Positions 19,056 through 29,184 of a stretch of DNA of 64,000 bases are shown here, in pieces. The DNA is from an uncultured Gemmatimonadaceae bacterium (GTDB taxonomy: Bacteria > Gemmatimonadota > Gemmatimonadetes > Gemmatimonadales > Gemmatimonadaceae). The translations under genes were made by a program, and so were the position numbers. The notes under the pieces were generated by a model. The model was given only the letters and a program-made list of their open reading frames with translations, was not told the DNA's origin and did not search any database. The DNA lies in assembly GCA_963843845.1 (NCBI GenBank), contig CAWJMB010000002.1, forward strand, positions 1,280,001 through 1,344,000, in the 5' to 3' direction. The stretch's first letter is position 1. Every line of letters starts with the position of its first letter.

Positions 19056-21254
19056 TCACCCGAAGCCTAACGCGCGCCCGCCCTGGTAGACGAGCAGCGA
19101 CGCGCCATACGCGAGCGCCAGCATGTAGCCGAACTGGATCGCCGCCCATCGCCAGCCGAGTCGCCCGCCTCCGGTCTCGCGGACCGTCACGGCGATCGTG
19201 CTCATGCACATCAGCGCATAGACGTAGAACACCATGAGCGACAACGCGACGAGCGTCGTGTACACGGGCCGTCCGGTCGACGGATCCCGCTCGGCGCGCA
19301 GCTTGTCGGGGAGGGCGGTGGCACCGTTCTCGGTATTGCCCACGCCGTAGATCGTGCCCATCGTCGAGACGAACACCTCGCGCGCGGCGAACGACGCGCC
19401 GATCGACACGCCGAGCTTCCAGTCGAAGCCGAGCGGGCGGACGAGCGGCTCGATCGCGCGCCCGACGGTGCCTAACGCCGAGGCGGCGAGCGCCTGCTCC
19501 TGCTGCGCGTTCGGCGAGAGGCGCGGGTCCGGCGTCGTGCGCGGGTACGTCGCGAGCGCCCAGAGCACGACCGACAGCGCGAGGATCACCGTGCCCGCCT
19601 TCCGCAGGAACAGCTTCGCGCGCCCCGTCACCCCGATCAGCAGGTTCCGCGCGCTCGGCCACCGGTAGGCGGGGAGCTCGAGGATCATCGGGCGCATCGG
19701 GCCGCGGAGCAGCGTGCGCTTGAACAGCGCCGCGGCGCCGAGCGCGGTGACGGTGCCCAGCAGATACATCGCGAGCATCGTCAACCCCTGCAGGTTGAGG
19801 ATGCCCAGCACGGCGACCGACGGAACGAACGCGCCGATGAGCAGCGTGTACACCGGCAGCCGCGCCGAGCAGCTCATGAGCGGCACGACCATGATCGTCG
19901 CGAGCCGGTCGTCGCTGTTCTCGACCGTGCGCGCGGCCATGATGCCGGGGACCGCGCACGCGTAGCCGGAGAGCATCGGGATGAAGCTCTTTCCGTGCAA
20001 TCCGACGCGGCGCATCAGCGAGTCCATGAGATACGCGGCGCGCGCCATGTAGCCCGAGTCTTCGAGCAGCCCGATGAACAGGAAGAGCAGCGCGATCTGC
20101 GGCAGGAACACGAGCACACTCCCGACGCCCGCGATGACGCCGTCGACCACGAGGCTCCGCACATCGCCGTCGGGCAGCAGCGCGCCGACGCGCGACCCCG
20201 TCCAGCCGAGCGCTCCCTCGATCGCGTCCTGCGCCGGTGCCGCCCACGTGAAGATCGACTGAAAGACGATCGCCATCAGCGTCAGGAAGATCACCCACCC
20301 CCACACGCGGTGAAGCACGACCGCGTCGATCCGGTCGCTCGCCGTACGCGTCGTGCCGTCGCCCCGGTGGGTTCGCGTGACGACGCGCGCGAGCACGCCG
20401 GCAATCCACCCGTAGCGCAGCTCCGCCTCGACCTGCTCTGGCGCGATCCCCGCGCCGCGCATCGCGACGCGCGCGGTGCCTAACAGTCGGGCGAGCGACG
20501 GCACGCCGGCGACGTGACTCTCCGGCCGACTCACGCCGAGCAGCCGGAGCGCCTCCATCGCGGCGGGGCCGGGCGGGAAGCCCGCGTCCTCGAGCGCGCC
20601 GACGACCGGCGCGAGTGCGTCGGCGGCCGCCGGCGGCAGCGCGAAGCGGCGCTCCGGGAGCGGCAGCGCGGCGGCGCGCGCGATCGCGTGTTTCAGCCGA
20701 TCCACCCCCTCGCCGCGCTTCGCCACGGTCGGCACGACCGTCACACCGAGCTCGTGGATCAGCTCCGGGACGTCGATGCGGGTGCCGGCGCTCGTCGCCG
20801 CGTCGATCTGATTCAGCGCGACGACGAGCGGGCGTCCCAGCTCGAGCAGCTGGCTCGCGAGAAAGAGATTGCGCTCCAGGTGCTGCGCGTCGACGACGCA
20901 GACGATCACGTCGGGGAGCGGCACGTCGCGCCCGAGTCCGAGCAGCACTTCGAGCGCGACCGCCTCGTCGGGCGAGCCGGCCGAGAGCGAGTAGCTCCCG
21001 GGGAGGTCGAGTACCGACACGCGGCCGCCGTCGGGTGCGCGGTAGCTTCCCTCGTGCCGCTCCACGGTGACGCCGGCGAAGTTACCGACCTTCTGCCGCA
21101 GTCCGGTGAGCGCGTTGAACAGCGTGCTCTTGCCGGTGTTCGGATTCCCGACGAGCGCGACGCGCAGCGTGCCAGGCGTCGTCGCCGGAACTGCAGGGGT
21201 CGGGTCGGTCGCGCCCGAGCTCCGTGCCGCGCCCGCCGTCGGCGGGGAGGTCAC
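19056..21254 (-). CDS. feoB: Ferrous iron transporter FeoB
   Basis: GNPNTGKS (G1), NFAGVTVE, DLPGSYSL, LEDSGYMARAA, GYACAVP, MSCSARLPVY, AAREVFVS. Confidence 0.96.
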   Translation of the reverse strand: MTSPPTAGAARSSGATDPTPAVPATTPGTLRVALVGNPNTGKSTLFNALTGLRQKVGNFAGVTVERHEGSYRAPDGGRVSVLDLPGSYSLSAGSPDEAVALEVLLGLGRDVPLPDVIVCVVDAQHLERNLFLASQLLELGRPLVVALNQIDAATSAGTRIDVPELIHELGVTVVPTVAKRGEGVDRLKHAIARAAALPLPERRFALPPAAADALAPVVGALEDAGFPPGPAAMEALRLLGVSRPESHVAGVPSLARLLGTARVAMRGAGIAPEQVEAELRYGWIAGVLARVVTRTHRGDGTTRTASDRIDAVVLHRVWGWVIFLTLMAIVFQSIFTWAAPAQDAIEGALGWTGSRVGALLPDGDVRSLVVDGVIAGVGSVLVFLPQIALLFLFIGLLEDSGYMARAAYLMDSLMRRVGLHGKSFIPMLSGYACAVPGIMAARTVENSDDRLATIMVVPLMSCSARLPVYTLLIGAFVPSVAVLGILNLQGLTMLAMYLLGTVTALGAAALFKRTLLRGPMRPMILELPAYRWPSARNLLIGVTGRAKLFLRKAGTVILALSVVLWALATYPRTTPDPRLSPNAQQEQALAASALGTVGRAIEPLVRPLGFDWKLGVSIGASFAAREVFVSTMGTIYGVGNTENGATALPDKLRAERDPSTGRPVYTTLVALSLMVFYVYALMCMSTIAVTVRETGGGRLGWRWAAIQFGYMLALAYGASLLVYQGGRALGFG

Positions 21255-21256
21255 GC

Positions 21257-21616
21257 TCAGGCGCTCGCGGCGGCGCTGGTCGGGGCGACCGTCAGGGCGG
21301 CCAGCGGACGGACGGTGATCCCCGCCGTGAGCGCGCGGCCGAGGGCGATACGGGTCCCGCGGACGTCGAGGAGCATGGCGTGGCGCGACTCGACGACCGA
21401 CACGCACGCCCCTTCGCAGACGCCGAGCGCGCGAAGGCGGCAGGCCTGGGTGTCGTCGCACGCCATGCCGATCACTGTCGCGCGAGCGCCGGGCTGACAC
21501 GCGGCCAGTGCGCAATCGCTGGCGCCGACAGCAGCCACCGATGGCAGTGCGGTGGGCGCGGCGAGCACGGCCAACTGCCGGGAGGCGGTGGACTTGGGAC
21601 GAAAGAAGCTGAGCAC
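21257..21616 (-). CDS. feoA: FeoA-family protein
   Basis: LAACQPGARATV..RLRALGVCEGA..VRGTRIAL SH3-like pattern; immediately upstream of feoB. Confidence 0.85.
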   Translation of the reverse strand: MLSFFRPKSTASRQLAVLAAPTALPSVAAVGASDCALAACQPGARATVIGMACDDTQACRLRALGVCEGACVSVVESRHAMLLDVRGTRIALGRALTAGITVRPLAALTVAPTSAAASA

Positions 21617-21652
21617 GGTCAGGGGCTGGCGGGCGACACGTTCGTGCGTCGC

Positions 21653-21681
21653 AATCTGAGCGGCGTGGCGAATCTCGTCAA
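21653..21681 (-). promoter_or_regulatory. Putative sigma70 promoter of feoAB
   Basis: Minus strand TTGACG (21681-21676), 17 nt spacer, CAGATT (21658-21653). Confidence 0.45.
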
Positions 21682-21730
21682 CGGCATTCGGGATTCCAAC
21701 ACCGAAGTCCTGCTGCGCCCCGATCGCGGC

Positions 21731-22573
21731 TCAGGCCGCCGCGAGCGGTCGGGCCGCGGGTCGCGCGCCCCGCAGCGCGATCATGATCGCGACCCCCACC
21801 GCAAAGACTGCGATCGCAACGACTTGCGCCGTCGACACGAGGCCGAGCACGCGGTCGTCCTTGGCGCGGACGATCTCGACGAGGAAGCGCTCGACGCCCG
21901 CGAGCACGCAGTACGCCCCGAACAGCCACCCCTCGCGATGGCGATGACCACGCATGCGCCACAGGATCGCGAACATCACGACCCCCATCGCCGTCTCGTA
22001 GAGCTGCGTCGGGTGCACGGAGACGAGCTGCCAGGGCGGCGTCCCCGGCGGCAGCGTGGCGTGAAACTGTCGCTCAAGTGTCTCGGCGGTCGTCGGCGGG
22101 GCGCCGTTGGGGAAGATGACCGACAGCCAGCCGGTCCACGGACGGCCATAGTCGTCGCCGACCGCCCAGCATCCGGTTCGCCCGACGGCGTAGCCGGCCG
22201 CGATCGCGATCCCGGCGACGTCGGCGAAACGCAGGAAGCTCATCCCTTTCCGCCGGATCGTGATCCAGCAGAACAGCACGGCGCCGACGAATCCCCCCCA
22301 GAACACGAAGCCACTCCGGCTCCACAGCGAGCTGATGTCGCCGTTGAGGATGACGTGATACAGCTTCGCCCCGACGAGCGTGCCGAGGAGCGCGGCCGTC
22401 GTCACGTCCGGCGCGCCGTCGGCCTCGACGGTGTGGCCGCGGAACGCGAGCTCGCGCTGCAACACGATGTTCGCGATGCCGAACGCCATGAGGACCGCGA
22501 TGCCGAAGCCGGTGATCTGGAGCGGGCCGAGGTTGAAGGCGAACGGCTCGATCGTGTAGGGAGCGGAGAGCAC
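21731..22573 (-). CDS. lgt: Prolipoprotein diacylglyceryl transferase
   Basis: GAKLYHV, GFVFWGG, GYAVGRTGC..GDDYG, HPTQLYE, RFLVEIVR. Confidence 0.93.
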   Translation of the reverse strand: MLSAPYTIEPFAFNLGPLQITGFGIAVLMAFGIANIVLQRELAFRGHTVEADGAPDVTTAALLGTLVGAKLYHVILNGDISSLWSRSGFVFWGGFVGAVLFCWITIRRKGMSFLRFADVAGIAIAAGYAVGRTGCWAVGDDYGRPWTGWLSVIFPNGAPPTTAETLERQFHATLPPGTPPWQLVSVHPTQLYETAMGVVMFAILWRMRGHRHREGWLFGAYCVLAGVERFLVEIVRAKDDRVLGLVSTAQVVAIAVFAVGVAIMIALRGARPAARPLAAA

Positions 22574-22581
22574 GGTGAACG

Positions 22582-22684
22582 GCCGGGGATCGGGGATCGG
22601 GAGTCGGGGATCGGGCGCTGCAACTTACACTGCGCGGAACCGGAGATCGGTCAGTCGCCCGATCCCCGAACCTCGATCCCCGGC
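22582..22684. repeat. GGGGATC-heptamer inverted-repeat element (copy 1), overlapping the tsaD 3' end
   Basis: Left arm gccggggatcggggatcgggagtcggggatcgggcg (22582-22617); right arm cgcccgatccccgaacctcgatccccggc (22656-22684). Confidence 0.8.
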
Positions 22685-23739
22685 AGCGGTCGTGCTGCAT
22701 ACGCGTTGAGCGCCCACGTCGACCGCTCGCCTCGCGCGAGCCGCCATGCGCCGGCGGCCGCGATCATCGCTGCGTTGTCGGTCGCGAGCCTCGGCGTCGG
22801 CGCGTAGACGGTCACCCCCCGCGGTTCGACGCGGGCGCGCATGGCGTCGGCGAGGGCGCGGTTGCAGGCGACGCCGCCGCCGAACACGATGCGCGTGCGC
22901 GCGTGGGCGCGCGCCGCTCGATCGGCCTTCTCGACGAGGGTGTCCACGAGCGCGTCCTGGAAGCCGCGGGCAAGGTGCGGGCGCGCGGCGTCGATGGTGC
23001 CGTCGGCTTCGGCCTTCCGTACGGCGTGCAGCAGCGCCGTCTTCAGTCCGCTGAACGAGACGTCGAAGTAATCGGGGTCACCGAGCGCCTGGTTCGCCCG
23101 CACCATCGGGCGGGCGAAGCGGTAGCGTCCCGGGTCGCCGTCGCGGGCGAGCTGCTCGATGACGCGGCCGCCGGGGTAAGGAAGGCCCATGAGCTTCGCG
23201 ACCTTGTCGAACGCCTCGCCGGCCGCGTCGTCGCGCGTCGCGCCGAGCAGGCGATAGCTCCCCCACGCCTCGACGTCGAGTAGCAGCGTGTGGCCGCCGG
23301 AGACGAGCAGCGCGGTGAACGGCGGGGTGGCGTCCGGGTGCTCGAGCGCCGTCGCGAACAGGTGTCCTTCCATGTGGTGCACGCCCAGCACCGGCACGCT
23401 GCCGGCGTACGCGAGCGCCTTGCCGTAGCTCATCCCGACGAGGAGCGCGCCGACGAGCCCGGGTGCGTGGGTGACGGCGACCGCGTCGATGGGCTGGAGC
23501 GGCGCGCTCGCGCCGAGGGTGTTGAACGCGCAGCCCGCGTCGTCGAGCGCGCGCCGCGTCACCGGGACGACGCTCGTGACGTGCGCGCGGCTCGCGATCT
23601 CGGGCACCACGCCGCCGAACAGGCGGTGCACGTCCTGCGACAGAATGACGAGCGACCGCGTCGTGAACCGCTCGCCGTCGTACTCCACGACCGCCGCCGA
23701 CGTCTCGTCGCACGACGTCTCGATGCCTAACACGCGCAC
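22651..23739 (-). CDS. tsaD: tRNA N6-threonylcarbamoyladenosine transferase TsaD
   Basis: VLGIETSCDETSAA, GGVVPEIASRAH, HHMEGH, LLVSGGHT, DDAAGEAFDK, TDNAAMIA. Confidence 0.97.
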   Translation of the reverse strand: MRVLGIETSCDETSAAVVEYDGERFTTRSLVILSQDVHRLFGGVVPEIASRAHVTSVVPVTRRALDDAGCAFNTLGASAPLQPIDAVAVTHAPGLVGALLVGMSYGKALAYAGSVPVLGVHHMEGHLFATALEHPDATPPFTALLVSGGHTLLLDVEAWGSYRLLGATRDDAAGEAFDKVAKLMGLPYPGGRVIEQLARDGDPGRYRFARPMVRANQALGDPDYFDVSFSGLKTALLHAVRKAEADGTIDAARPHLARGFQDALVDTLVEKADRAARAHARTRIVFGGGVACNRALADAMRARVEPRGVTVYAPTPRLATDNAAMIAAAGAWRLARGERSTWALNAYAARPLPGIEVRGSGD

Positions 23740-23745
23740 GGGTGC

Positions 23746-23928
23746 CTAACGAATCCGGGTGACGAGCTCGACGAGGCGCTGCGCGAGCGGCCCGTTCGGC
23801 GCGCGGACGCGTCCGGCCTCGACGTGCGCGGCGAGCCAGAGCACGAGCGCGAGGAAGAGCGCCGTCGCCTTGTAGCCGAGCCGCGCGGTGCAGATCGCGA
23901 CCACGCGTCGCCCCCACGACGCCCCCAC
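23746..23928 (-). CDS. Small membrane protein resembling the N-terminal TM of YbbR/CdaR
   Basis: 60 aa, abuts the tlpA stop; RLGYKATALFLALVLWLAAH resembles the YbbR-like 'K..al.lA..LW' anchor. Confidence 0.5.
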   Translation of the reverse strand: MGASWGRRVVAICTARLGYKATALFLALVLWLAAHVEAGRVRAPNGPLAQRLVELVTRIR

Positions 23929-24507
23929 TTACCGCCGCGCTCCGCTCGGCGGTGCACCCGCCTCGTCGAGCAGTCGGGCGACGAGCGCACGGTTCGCCTC
24001 CGAGCTCCAGTCCTGCGCATACGCTTTCTTCCGGATCGTGCCGTCGGCCCCGATGAGGAAGTTCTCCGGAACGCCGGTCGTCTGGTACGTCTGCTGGATC
24101 GTGCCGGCCGCGTCCTGCAACACGTCGAACGTGAGACCGAACTCGCGCACGAAGTCGCGGACCTTCTGCGTGCTGCCGGCCTCGTCGACGCTCACGGCGA
24201 CGATCTTGAAGCCGCGCGCCGCGTAGTCGTCGTACAGCGCCTGCATGCTCGGCATCTCCTGGCGGCACGGGCCGCACCACGTCGCCCAGATGTTGAGCAG
24301 CACGACCTGCCCGCGGTAGTCGGCGAGCGAGCGCGTCGGCGCGGCCGGCGTCACGTTCGCGACCGTCGATGCCGCGAAGGGTGGTGCCTTCCCGCCGACC
24401 GTGACGTGGAACAGCTCGTCGCGCAGGAAGTAGCTCGCCCCGCCCAACACCGCGGCGAGCGCGACGACGACGCCGAGCACGGTGAGCCACTGGCCGCGCG
24501 CGGTCAT
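23929..24507 (-). CDS. TlpA/ResA-like thiol-disulfide oxidoreductase
   Basis: N-terminal TM, LLNIWATWCGPCRQEMP, GVPENFLI. Confidence 0.92.
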   Translation of the reverse strand: MTARGQWLTVLGVVVALAAVLGGASYFLRDELFHVTVGGKAPPFAASTVANVTPAAPTRSLADYRGQVVLLNIWATWCGPCRQEMPSMQALYDDYAARGFKIVAVSVDEAGSTQKVRDFVREFGLTFDVLQDAAGTIQQTYQTTGVPENFLIGADGTIRKKAYAQDWSSEANRALVARLLDEAGAPPSGARR

Positions 24508-25169
24508 GCCGTCTCCGCGCACTGCGCCCGGAGCGCCCCGATCTCACCGCGCGGGTCGGCGGCGCTGAACACGGCGTTTCCCGCGACGAACGTGTCCGCG
24601 CCGGCGCGCCAGCAACGCGCGATCGTCTCGCGGTTCACGCCGCCGTCGACTTCGAGCCACGCGGCCGAGCGCGTGGCGGTGAGCAACGCGCGCGTGCGCG
24701 CGATCTTGCCGACCGTGTACTCCAGGAATCGCTGCGCGCCGAACCCCGGATTCACCGTCATCACGAGGACGAGGTCGAGCGCGTGCGCGATCTCTTCGAT
24801 CGCGGCGAGCGGCGTCGCCGGATTGAGCGCGACCCCGGCGCGCAACCCGAGCTCCTTGATGCGCGTGACCTGGCGGTCGAGGTGCGGCGCGGCCTCGGCG
24901 TGGATCGTGAGCCCGCTCGCGCCGGCCGCAGCGAAGTCGTCGAAATACTGCTCGGGCTCGACGACCATGAGGTGCACGTCGATCGGCAGCGAGGTCGAGC
25001 GGCGCACGGCCTCGATCACCTTCGCGCCGAAGGTGAGGTTCGGCACGAAGCGGCCGTCCATGACGTCGACGTGCACGACGTCGGCGCCACCGGCCTCGCA
25101 CATCGCGACCTCGTCGCCGAGTCGCGCGAAGTCCGCGCTGAGGATGGAAGGGGCGATACGGGCGGTCAT
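24504..25169 (-). CDS. rpe: Ribulose-phosphate 3-epimerase
   Basis: IAPSILSADF, HVDVMDGRFVPNLTFG, DVHLM, MTVNPGFG, EVDGG. Confidence 0.97.
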   Translation of the reverse strand: MTARIAPSILSADFARLGDEVAMCEAGGADVVHVDVMDGRFVPNLTFGAKVIEAVRRSTSLPIDVHLMVVEPEQYFDDFAAAGASGLTIHAEAAPHLDRQVTRIKELGLRAGVALNPATPLAAIEEIAHALDLVLVMTVNPGFGAQRFLEYTVGKIARTRALLTATRSAAWLEVDGGVNRETIARCWRAGADTFVAGNAVFSAADPRGEIGALRAQCAETA

Positions 25170-25183
25170 TCGGGTCCGGGATC

Positions 25184-25585
25184 CTAGGGCGCGCGTGCGA
25201 CGTCGAGCGTGACGATCGTTCCGGCGGGCTTCATCGTCGTCGCGGGTGGCGACTGCAGCACGACCGTCTCCGGCGGTACCGACGCGTTGACCCGCGTGTT
25301 CCCCGTCTGCGAGCGAAAGCCGGCGGTGCGCAGCGCCCGCTCCGCGTCCACCTGCAGCATGCCCACCACGTTCGGGACCGCGCGGTCGTTCGTCACGAGG
25401 CGCGACGGAAACACGAACAGGTAGACGACGAGATAGGCGATCACGAAGCCGGCGCCGCTGACGAGCACGTACGGCAGCACTCGCCGCGCGCGCGTGCGCC
25501 ACGCCGGACGCAGACCGCCGCGCGTGGTGGCCGGGCGCGTGCGAGGCGGCTGCGGAGGCGGCGGTGGAGGAACGCTCGGCGTCAT
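25184..25585 (-). CDS. PASTA-domain membrane protein
   Basis: TM followed by VPNVVGM..AERAL..G..VVLQSP..GTIVTL; the rsmB-PASTA-rpe order is familiar. Confidence 0.85.
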   Translation of the reverse strand: MTPSVPPPPPPQPPRTRPATTRGGLRPAWRTRARRVLPYVLVSGAGFVIAYLVVYLFVFPSRLVTNDRAVPNVVGMLQVDAERALRTAGFRSQTGNTRVNASVPPETVVLQSPPATTMKPAGTIVTLDVARAP

Positions 25586-25594
25586 CGCGGAATC

Positions 25595-25627
25595 GTCAGG
25601 CGACCGTGAGGCGACTGTGAGGCAGGC
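25595..25627. repeat. Three imperfect 11-bp direct repeats (GT[C/G]AGGC..) between rsmB and the PASTA gene
   Basis: gtcaggcgacc / gtgaggcgact / gtgaggcaggc. Confidence 0.5.
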
Positions 25628-25651
25628 GTCGTGAGTCCGCGGTCGCGGCCG

Positions 25652-27010
25652 TCAGGCGGCTCGCCGCAGTCGCACGGCGAACGCACCGTCGACACCGTGG
25701 GCGTGCGGCAGCACACGGAGCCGCTCGCCGTCGAGCGCCGCGGCGGGCACCGCCCCCTCGGGCGGCGCCTCGGTGCGGAAGTCGGGGTGGTGCGCGAGGA
25801 AGCTGTCGACCTGCACGTCGTTCTCTTCGGGCTCGAGTGAACAGGTGCTGTAGAGCAGCATGCCGCCGGGCCGCACGATCGTGGCCGCGGCGCGCAGGAT
25901 GTCGCGCTGCAGCGCCGCCATCACGGCGAGGTCCGAGACGCGGAGGCGCCACCGCGCGTCGGGGTGCCGCCGGAACGTTCCCGTCCCCGTGCACGGCGCG
26001 TCGACGAGTACGAGGTCGACCGGCCGCGTCGCCGGCACGCGCGCGTCGGCGGCATGAAGGTACACGTTCGGCGCGTTGACGCGCTGCACGTTCGCCGCGA
26101 CCCGCCGCAGCCGTGCGGGCGACAGATCGGAGGCGAACACGTGGCGCGCCGCACGGGACAGCTCGAGCGCCTTGCCGCCGGGCGCCGCGCACACGTCCGC
26201 GACGTCGTCGCCCGGCCCCGGCGCCGCGTAGTGGGCGACCAGCGTCGACGCGGGATCCTGTACGAAGAACTGTCCCTGCCGGAACGCGCCTAACGCCGTG
26301 AGTTGCGTGCCTGGCGCGAGCTGGATGCTGTCGCGCGACCACAGCGCGTCGGGCGCCGGCTCCCGCACGCCGACGCCAGCCTCGTGCAGCGCCGCCGCGA
26401 GCGACTCGTGACTCGTGCCGTACGGCCGCACGACGATCGGCGCCTCGCCGTTGTTCGCGACGAGCAGCCGTTCCGTCGACTCGGCGCCGTAGCGGTCGAG
26501 CCACCGCGCGACGAGCCACCGCGGATGCGAGTGTCGTTGCGCGAGCGCGTCGATCGGGTCGGCCGGTGGTGCAGGCGTCAGCGCGTCGTCGCCCGACTCC
26601 TGCCGGTCGCGGTCGATGCGCCGCAGCACGGCGTTCGCGAGCCGGCTCGCGCCGATGCCGTGCCGCTGCTTCGCCAGCTCGACCGTCTGCCCGATCGCCG
26701 CGTACGGCGGCACGCTCCCCATCCGCAGCAGCTGATAGACGCCGAGGCGGAGAAGGTCGGTGACGTCGCCGTCGAGGCGCGCGAGGCCGCCCCGGACGCG
26801 GTCGGTGAGGAGCGCATCGATCCACGCGCGGCGGCGCAGCATGCCCCAGAGCAGCTCTTGCAGCCACCGCCGGTCGCGCGCGTCGAGTCCGGCCGACCGG
26901 CGCTCGAACACCGGGTCGAGCAGCGCGCCGCCGCGGAGGTCCGCGAGGACGTCGGCCGCGACGATCCGCGGAAGGGTGACCGACGAGGGTGACAAGGTGC
27001 GGGGCGACAT
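25652..27010 (-). CDS. rsmB: 16S rRNA m5C967 methyltransferase RsmB (Sun)
   Basis: NusB-like N-terminus, HSHPRWLV, FVQD, DVCAAPGGK, DAPCTGTG, YSTCSL..EN. Confidence 0.95.
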   Translation of the reverse strand: MSPRTLSPSSVTLPRIVAADVLADLRGGALLDPVFERRSAGLDARDRRWLQELLWGMLRRRAWIDALLTDRVRGGLARLDGDVTDLLRLGVYQLLRMGSVPPYAAIGQTVELAKQRHGIGASRLANAVLRRIDRDRQESGDDALTPAPPADPIDALAQRHSHPRWLVARWLDRYGAESTERLLVANNGEAPIVVRPYGTSHESLAAALHEAGVGVREPAPDALWSRDSIQLAPGTQLTALGAFRQGQFFVQDPASTLVAHYAAPGPGDDVADVCAAPGGKALELSRAARHVFASDLSPARLRRVAANVQRVNAPNVYLHAADARVPATRPVDLVLVDAPCTGTGTFRRHPDARWRLRVSDLAVMAALQRDILRAAATIVRPGGMLLYSTCSLEPEENDVQVDSFLAHHPDFRTEAPPEGAVPAAALDGERLRVLPHAHGVDGAFAVRLRRAA

Positions 27011-27214
27011 GACTCCAAACTAGCGACTCGCTCCGGCGCGGTTGACGGCGGGGCTCACGAGTCGACGGCGGCGCCCGGACGCTGTGCTGGATGGGCGACG
27101 GCGCGCCGTACGCGTCCCGCGTCCGCCGGCGCGCGCCGCCGTCGCCGTTCCGTTCCGCCGGTCCATCCCCGTCCCGTCACTCTGCGCCCCGCCGTCGAAC
27201 GGGGGCGCCGCCGT

Positions 27215-28181
27215 TCAGCCGTTCGTCTCGCCGTCACCTGCCTGAGCGAACAGCTCGCCGAGCTCGAGTCCTCGCCCGCGCGCCAGCTCGCCCGCCGTCA
27301 ACCGCCCCCGTCCCGCCGGCTGGACGTACGCGACTCGGACCGCGTCCTCCCCACACTTCACCGTGACGTCGGTCCCTAACGCGATCACCTCGCCGGGCGT
27401 CGCGTCGCCGCGCTCCTCCGCCGGCACCGCGCGCGCGCCGAACAGCTTCACGTCGCCGCCGCGCAGCGTCGACGAAGGCGCCGGGCGCGCGGATCGTAGG
27501 CGCGGATCGCGCGCGCGACGTCCTCGGCGGGGCGCGTCCAGTCGACGCGGGCGTGCGCGCGCTCCGTCTTCGGCGCGTAGGTCGCGCGCGCATCGTCCTG
27601 CGGAACGTCCGCCGCCGCGCCGCGCTCGATCAGCGCCAGCGCCTCGATCAGCGCGAGCGCGCCGAGCTCGGAGAGGCGCAGTCGCAGCTCGCCGTACGTC
27701 TCGTCGTCGGCGATCGGCGTGCGCAGCGTGTGGAGCATCGGCCCGGCGTCGAGCGCCGGCACCATCGCATGATCGTCACGCCCGTCTCCGCGAGCCCTCG
27801 CGGATCGCGGCCTGGATCGGGTCGGCGCCGCGCAGCGCGGGGAGCAGCGACGCATGGATGTTGAGCGTGCCGAGCGGCGGCAGGTCGATGACCGCCTTCG
27901 GGAGGATGTGGCCGTACGCGACGACGACCGAGAGGTCGGGCGCGAGCGCGCGCACCTCGGCCATCGAACGCCTCGCCGCGCGGCTTCTCCGGCTGCAGCA
28001 CGGGGAGCCCTTCGCTCGAGCGCGACGCGCCTTCACCGGCGACGGGTCGAGCTGCGAGCGCGCTGCGCCCGCGCGGCTTGTCGGGCTGCGTCACGACGCC
28101 GACGACGTCGAACCCTTCGCCGAGCAGCGCGCGCAGCGGCGGCGTCGCGAAGTCGGGCGTGCCCCAGAAGAGGATGCGCAT
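27215..28181 (-). CDS. fmt: Methionyl-tRNA formyltransferase (several indels)
   Basis: [54 protein letters not shown] pieces in different frames. Confidence 0.93.
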
Positions 28182-28184
28182 GTC

Positions 28185-28792
28185 CTAGGGCCGAGTCCAG
28201 GATCCGTCGGCTCGGCGCGGTGCGTCGTAGGCTCGTCGTCGGCTGCCTGGCCAGCTCGTCGCCTCGACCGTCATGTCGCGCCGGAGCGCCGGGTACTTCG
28301 TCCTGCTCCTGCTCCCACTTCGCGAGCGCCGAGCGCTGCTTAGCACGCTCAGGTAGTCGAGGAAGAGCCGGCCGTGCAGGTGGTCGATCTCGTGCTGCAG
28401 GCAGCGCGCGAGCAGCTCCGTCGCGCGCGACCTCGAGCGGCGGTGCCGTCGACGTCCATGCGCGCGCATGGTGACGTCGCGCGGGCGCGCTCGACGTCGC
28501 CGTAGATCTCGGGGATCGACAGGCAGCCCTCCTCGGCCTTCACCGGCTTCCCGCGCCGTCGTCACGATCTCGGGATTGAAGATCGCGATGCGGTCGTCGC
28601 TCCACCTCGGCGACGAACAGCCGCTCGACGCGGCCGACCTGCGGCGCGGCGAGGCCGATGCCCTTCGCAGCGTGCATCGTCTCGAACATGTCGTCGACGA
28701 GGCGGCGCAGCTCGTCGGTGACGCCGTCGACGGCGCTTCGTCTCCTGACGGAGGATCGGCGCGCCGAGGACGTGGATGTCGAGCAGCGACAT
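28185..28792 (-). CDS. def: Peptide deformylase (several indels)
   Basis: [41 protein letters not shown] motifs across frames. Confidence 0.92.
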
Positions 28793-28797
28793 CGCGG

Positions 28798-29139
28798 TCA
28801 GCCGTTCGCGGCCGGCGCGGCGCTCGCTGCGCGCCGACGCGCTGGCGACGCTCGTGATGCGGCCGCGCTCGACGATCAGCCGCGACTCGCCGGACTTGAT
28901 CGTGATGCGGTCGGTCATCGCCCGCGCGTGCCGGCACGTCTCCTCCTGAATGTGAACGACCTCGCCCGACGATGCCGCCGGCGGTCACGACCTCGTCGCC
29001 GCGCTTCAGCAGCGCGATCAGCGCCTCGTGCTGCTTCCGCTGCTGCTGCCTGCGGACGGAACAGGATGAAGTAGAAGATCGCCGCGATCGCGACGTACAT
29101 GAACAGCGTGGGCGCCCAGTTGGCGACGTTTCCCTGCAT
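28798..29139 (-). CDS. yajC: Preprotein translocase subunit YajC (indels)
   Basis: IFYFILFRPQ..QQRKQH..LKRGDEVVTAGGIVG; lies downstream of tgt. Confidence 0.88.
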
Positions 29140-29184
29140 GACAGTCTCTCGAACGGAATGGAAGTCGTCGGCCGCGCGGCGCCG

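Noticed and set aside
21617..21730. Fur/DtxR box upstream of feoA
   Set aside because: Only weak AT-rich fragments; no convincing palindrome.
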